From assembly GCA_002256025.1 (NCBI GenBank), contig NKIB01014977.1, positions 1 to 39,191 of the forward strand: a DNA stretch of 39,191 nt. Direction: 5' to 3'. A model generated the notes under the pieces. The model ran no database searches. It saw only the letters and a list, made by a program, of their open reading frames with translations, and was not told the DNA's origin. A program made the translations under genes and the position numbers. The DNA comes from Asterionella formosa. Taxonomy: Eukaryota. This document shows, one piece after another, positions 35,466-39,191 of the stretch. Numbering within the stretch: position 1 is the stretch's first letter; the number at the start of each line of letters is the position of its first letter.

Positions 35466-37546
35466 TGCTGAAGGCAATACACGCCCGAGGTGGTCTCATG
35501 CCTGTGAGTATATGTCCGGCGCCACTCGTACGGTCAACCTACTCGCGCCACCCAGCCTCGAACACATGTGTATTACGAGAAGGCATGAAGCCACCGAGAA
35601 GGGTATTGTTGAGGAAATTCACAAAGTAGCTATCGTTGCGCCATTCGCTGACCTACTGCCCACTCATAAAGTGTAAATGTCAATTTTAGCTTGCTATAGC
35701 TGCCCATCATATAAAATATATTTCGTATATTTCCTATCTTCACTTCGAAATTTGCAATGGGTCCGATATTGCCCATAATGAAAATACATATTTTTCTATA
35801 TTTCCTATGTTCGCATTTTGGAATTACAATTTGTGCCAATTGCCCCTCGGGTTTCCAGCCTTGGGATTGCCGAAATCGGCAAGGGGTCTACTTAAGGAAG
35901 CCATTTTATATACTCTACAGATTTCAATAATTTATTCTAGAATTCACCTCGTTTTTGTTCGTCTCCTGAAAAGTGGACTCCGCCAATTCACCTTCCACCA
36001 TGCCGATCGTCGTCCATCATGACCGGCCGGTTTGAAGCGAAATCAGTTCAGTGATGAGGACAGTAGCGATTCTTTGTCTAACGGATACGGTTGGTTGTTG
36101 GGTTCTTGCTTCTCTTCTCGAGGGATTCATGTAGTCGCATCGTCCATATTTCGTCGGACAAACGATGATAGCGATGCATCTGATGTTGGCGGCAAGTTTT
36201 GCTCCGGTCATGCATGCTGTGGTGATGCTAAACGGATATTCTACCAGTACCGGGTAGTCATCTAGTAGCCTACATACGTACGTGGTACTAAAAACAACCA
36301 TGCATGGTTTAAGCAAAACTTTAACGCTTACTTTGAACACGTTATAATATTATCTCTTTAGACTCGGCATTATTTTTACGAGACTAGAATGTTAAATTGT
36401 TTCGTTCACATATTGATTGATTTTACGTACCATATGCCCGATTTCGTCCTCACAATTATAATTCTCACTCTATCCTGCCTGCCGTTGCTCAATTCGGGCT
36501 TGCAACAGGAACTTTCGACTTTCTTATGAGCCCATCGTCTGCTGTGTGTTACGCTTGTTAGAGCGGATCGGTGAGTACAACAGTGAAACACTGAATGTGA
36601 TCGTAGATACTAATTGTCGAAGTTCCGATTTGATTGCTTGCATGGTCCGTTTTGATCGCTTCCATCGTCGTTTGTCGTTCCGTGCTGTCGTTTTGTTTCG
36701 ATTGTATCTATCTACATAAGAACCAATGATGATGACTACTCTTTGACGACATATTGTTGTTGATCGTATTTGTTGATTTGTATAGTTGTTTACCATGATG
36801 TCAATATTGCCGCCAAGCAATGCTTTTCTTGTACTAACGCACTTTGCTACATTTCTACTACGAGTTCTTATCAGAAGCTACATAAATACTCAGCTAGAGA
36901 GAGTCAATAGTGCTGGTGCAGCGTGGCGATCATGCTTGCTCAGAATGGAATGATCAGGGTTGCTTGTTTGGAGCTGGGCGGCGGAGGAATGACTGTGGCG
37001 GAAATACTGCTACTGGTGTCAGGCCACTACAGCGATGCGCATGGTTGCAGCAACCATACCATTTACGCTACATAACAATGCAGGTCTAAATTGGGTTCAG
37101 CTTTTTTCCTTCTTCTTTTGGTCTTCGATTGTATGGTGATGGAAAGTCAATGTTGCCTGTGTAAGTACTACAATGATTCACAATGCATATGTCTCCACTG
37201 AAATTTCTATTTTTTACTTCATTTCTAACCCAAAACAATTTTTTCTATTTCTCATTTGACGCTACTTATTACATCGCATTTCGTACTTTGGTTGCCCCAA
37301 ACATCATGTTCAATTTTCATTGATGTTGCATGTTACAATCATTCTCGTGTGTTTTACGCTTGTTGTACCATTTCTATGTATTTTACCGTTATTCTGGTTG
37401 TCACGCTAAAATCGTCAATTTTAATGCCGAAAAATTCGATATGCCCCATATTGCCCCTAAATAAAATTTACTTAAGCAATTACTTAGAGCCTAAAAATTA
37501 CTTAAAATTACCCGAATGTCAAGACGATAGCTGGAGCGGGAATTGC
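35466..37546. mobile_element. Family B hairpin-ended element, copy 3 (full length, 2081 bp, non-coding)
   Basis: TGCTGAAGGCAATACACG...GCGGGAATTGC, a direct repeat of 29539-31582. Confidence 0.93.
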
Positions 37547-37646
37547 CGTTTTATCAAGGACTTCTTGCCGACAAGAACCCATTATCATCACCCCTGGTAC
37601 TGTTACCCAATCATCAGGGCCAGGCCTTCAGTTATTTGATTAGAAA

Positions 37647-38271
37647 ATGATTCCTCATCTTCTCCTAATACAAATCATTTTGGCTCTCTGGAACGCTCAT
37701 GGGTTCACAGTAATAGTGGTCAATGGATGGCGCAGAAAACCAAGTTCTCCATTCTTTATTCGTCAATCCACCTCACTATTCAATGTCTATGACGACTGGC
37801 GTTCAGATGCAATTGCTCCTACGATGCCACTTGATGAAGACAATGTGAGATCTTGCTTGGAGGTCTTTATTCAATCTGATTATGGCAAGCAAATGTTCGG
37901 CTGTCATGCATGGCCTGCGTCGTTTGGAATTACCGGGGAACTCGAGTTTGTCGATGTCGAAGGACCCGAGGTAATACTGTCGCTTTCAGGAGCATTCTGG
38001 CACCGCCGTGAAACAGTATTAGGACGAGCAGCCATGTGGCTCAATGCCTGTATGCCTGAAGTCGTTGGAGTACGCGTTAATGATATGGAGAAGCTGAAGG
38101 ACTTTGAAGAGATAATTGACGAGTTTACAGGTGAGGTTTTGTTTACGAGAGACAAGCGTTTGCGATCGAGCAACCATGGAATATCAAGGCATTGATCCAG
38201 ATATGCGAGGCCCATTTCCTTCAGGAGTTGGTGGATTGAGGCCGGGTGGCTCAATGATAAACCCTGCGTAG
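37647..38271 (+). CDS. Putative plastid-targeted NifU_C-like domain protein with an apparent frameshift near 38160
   Basis: Signal peptide ending AHG-F (ASAFAP-like). GELEFVDVEGPEVILSLSGAF resembles the NifU C-terminal fold but lacks CxxC. A coding-like tail DRATMEYQGIDPDMRGPFPSG...INPA* lies in the +1 frame at 38164-38271. Confidence 0.75.
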
Positions 38272-38368
38272 CTGGATGTGCCATTGGGTTATACGAAACG
38301 TGGTGAAGTTGATAAATTAGTAGCTATACTACATATTCTAATATTCGTCTTACCATCAAGCGAACGTT

Positions 38369-39191
38369 CTATTGTTTCGCCCCCTTAGTGGCAAAGACCA
38401 TCTCAGCAAGATCCTTCGCTATATCGAGGGTTGCTGTGGGTCTAGCTGCTGCCAAAGCTGCTTGCTTCATCTCTGCCATCGTTTCTGGTGACGCCAGCCA
38501 TGAACTGACTGTTTCAGCGATTATACTGGGGTCTCCACTAAATTTTCCAAACCCAGAGTTCTCCACGTAAGGAACATTGCCCTCTTCTTGACCAGGGCTG
38601 AATTTCAAGGTTAGTTGTTTCTTCGAATTTATAAAACATAGAGAAAGCAGAAGAATAATAGTAGCATAGTGAACTTACAGAAACGAAAATAGCATACAAG
38701 GCAAACCACAGATGGATGCTTCTGCAATAGTCCCAGGGCCAGCCTTGGTGACCAGAGCATCCGATGCTCGCATCCATTCATCCATATTATTGACAAAACC
38801 TTGAATATCGACCTTAACTCCGTTTCCCCATTCATTTTCTAAAAGCGCTTCCTTGGCTACCTTGTTATTTCCGCATACAACAATCATTTGATACGCAGGG
38901 GAATCGCTTCCATCTCCTAGTTTTTCACCCAACGATATGGCAATATCCACTATACCACCCATTCCATCACCACCACCAACCACTAATACAGTTGGCAATT
39001 TTAAATCAATTCCAAGCGCATGGCGGATTATCTCCCTATCATTGGCTGTTGCGTCAGGGATTGTATCACCATGTGATTGCTTCCAAAATCCTTTTCGAAT
39101 TGGCAAGCCGTACTGAACAATTTGAGACGGTTTCACCTTACGATCACGGGCTGCCTGGTTCAAGACATCACTGGGAACGAAACACTTGTCG
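38369..39191 (-). CDS. MGD: Monogalactosyldiacylglycerol synthase (GT28), 3' part, intron 38598-38678
   Basis: GLPIRKGF, VLVVGGGDGMG, VVCGNN, GFVNNMDEWMRASDALVTKAGPGTIAEA. An 81-bp GTAAGT...CTAAC...CAG intron joins FL|PGQEEGNVPYV in frame. Confidence 0.95.

Overview
Eukaryotic nuclear DNA, most likely from a diatom. This is inferred from the RPL32, PDI and MGDG-synthase sequences, an ASAFAP-like plastid-targeting signal, diatom-style Ty3/gypsy gag and short GT-AG introns. Eight host genes lie between blocks of decayed, nested transposons: a partial hypothetical gene, RPL32, an RVxF/RGLE-type hypothetical gene, an ER PDI-family protein, two paralogous single-pass membrane proteins, a frameshifted NifU_C-like plastid protein and a partial MGDG synthase. 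The transposons include Ty1/copia and Ty3/gypsy remnants, a pogo-like relic, two copies of a CGTCTG-ended TIR family with 2-bp TSDs (family A) and small MITEs. The best candidate for an undescribed system is a ~2 kb non-coding element present three times (family B). It has an invariant TGC at its junctions, asymmetric inverted repeats and a long terminal hairpin whose inner segment is forward, inverted or deleted in the three copies, which suggests HUH/rolling-circle-type mobilisation. Other notable observations are a composite insertion that appears to have carried a copia fragment inside one TSD, GGTACC-palindrome arrays upstream of host genes, and a tRNA-derived SINE candidate. All alignments were done by eye and no database searches were run.
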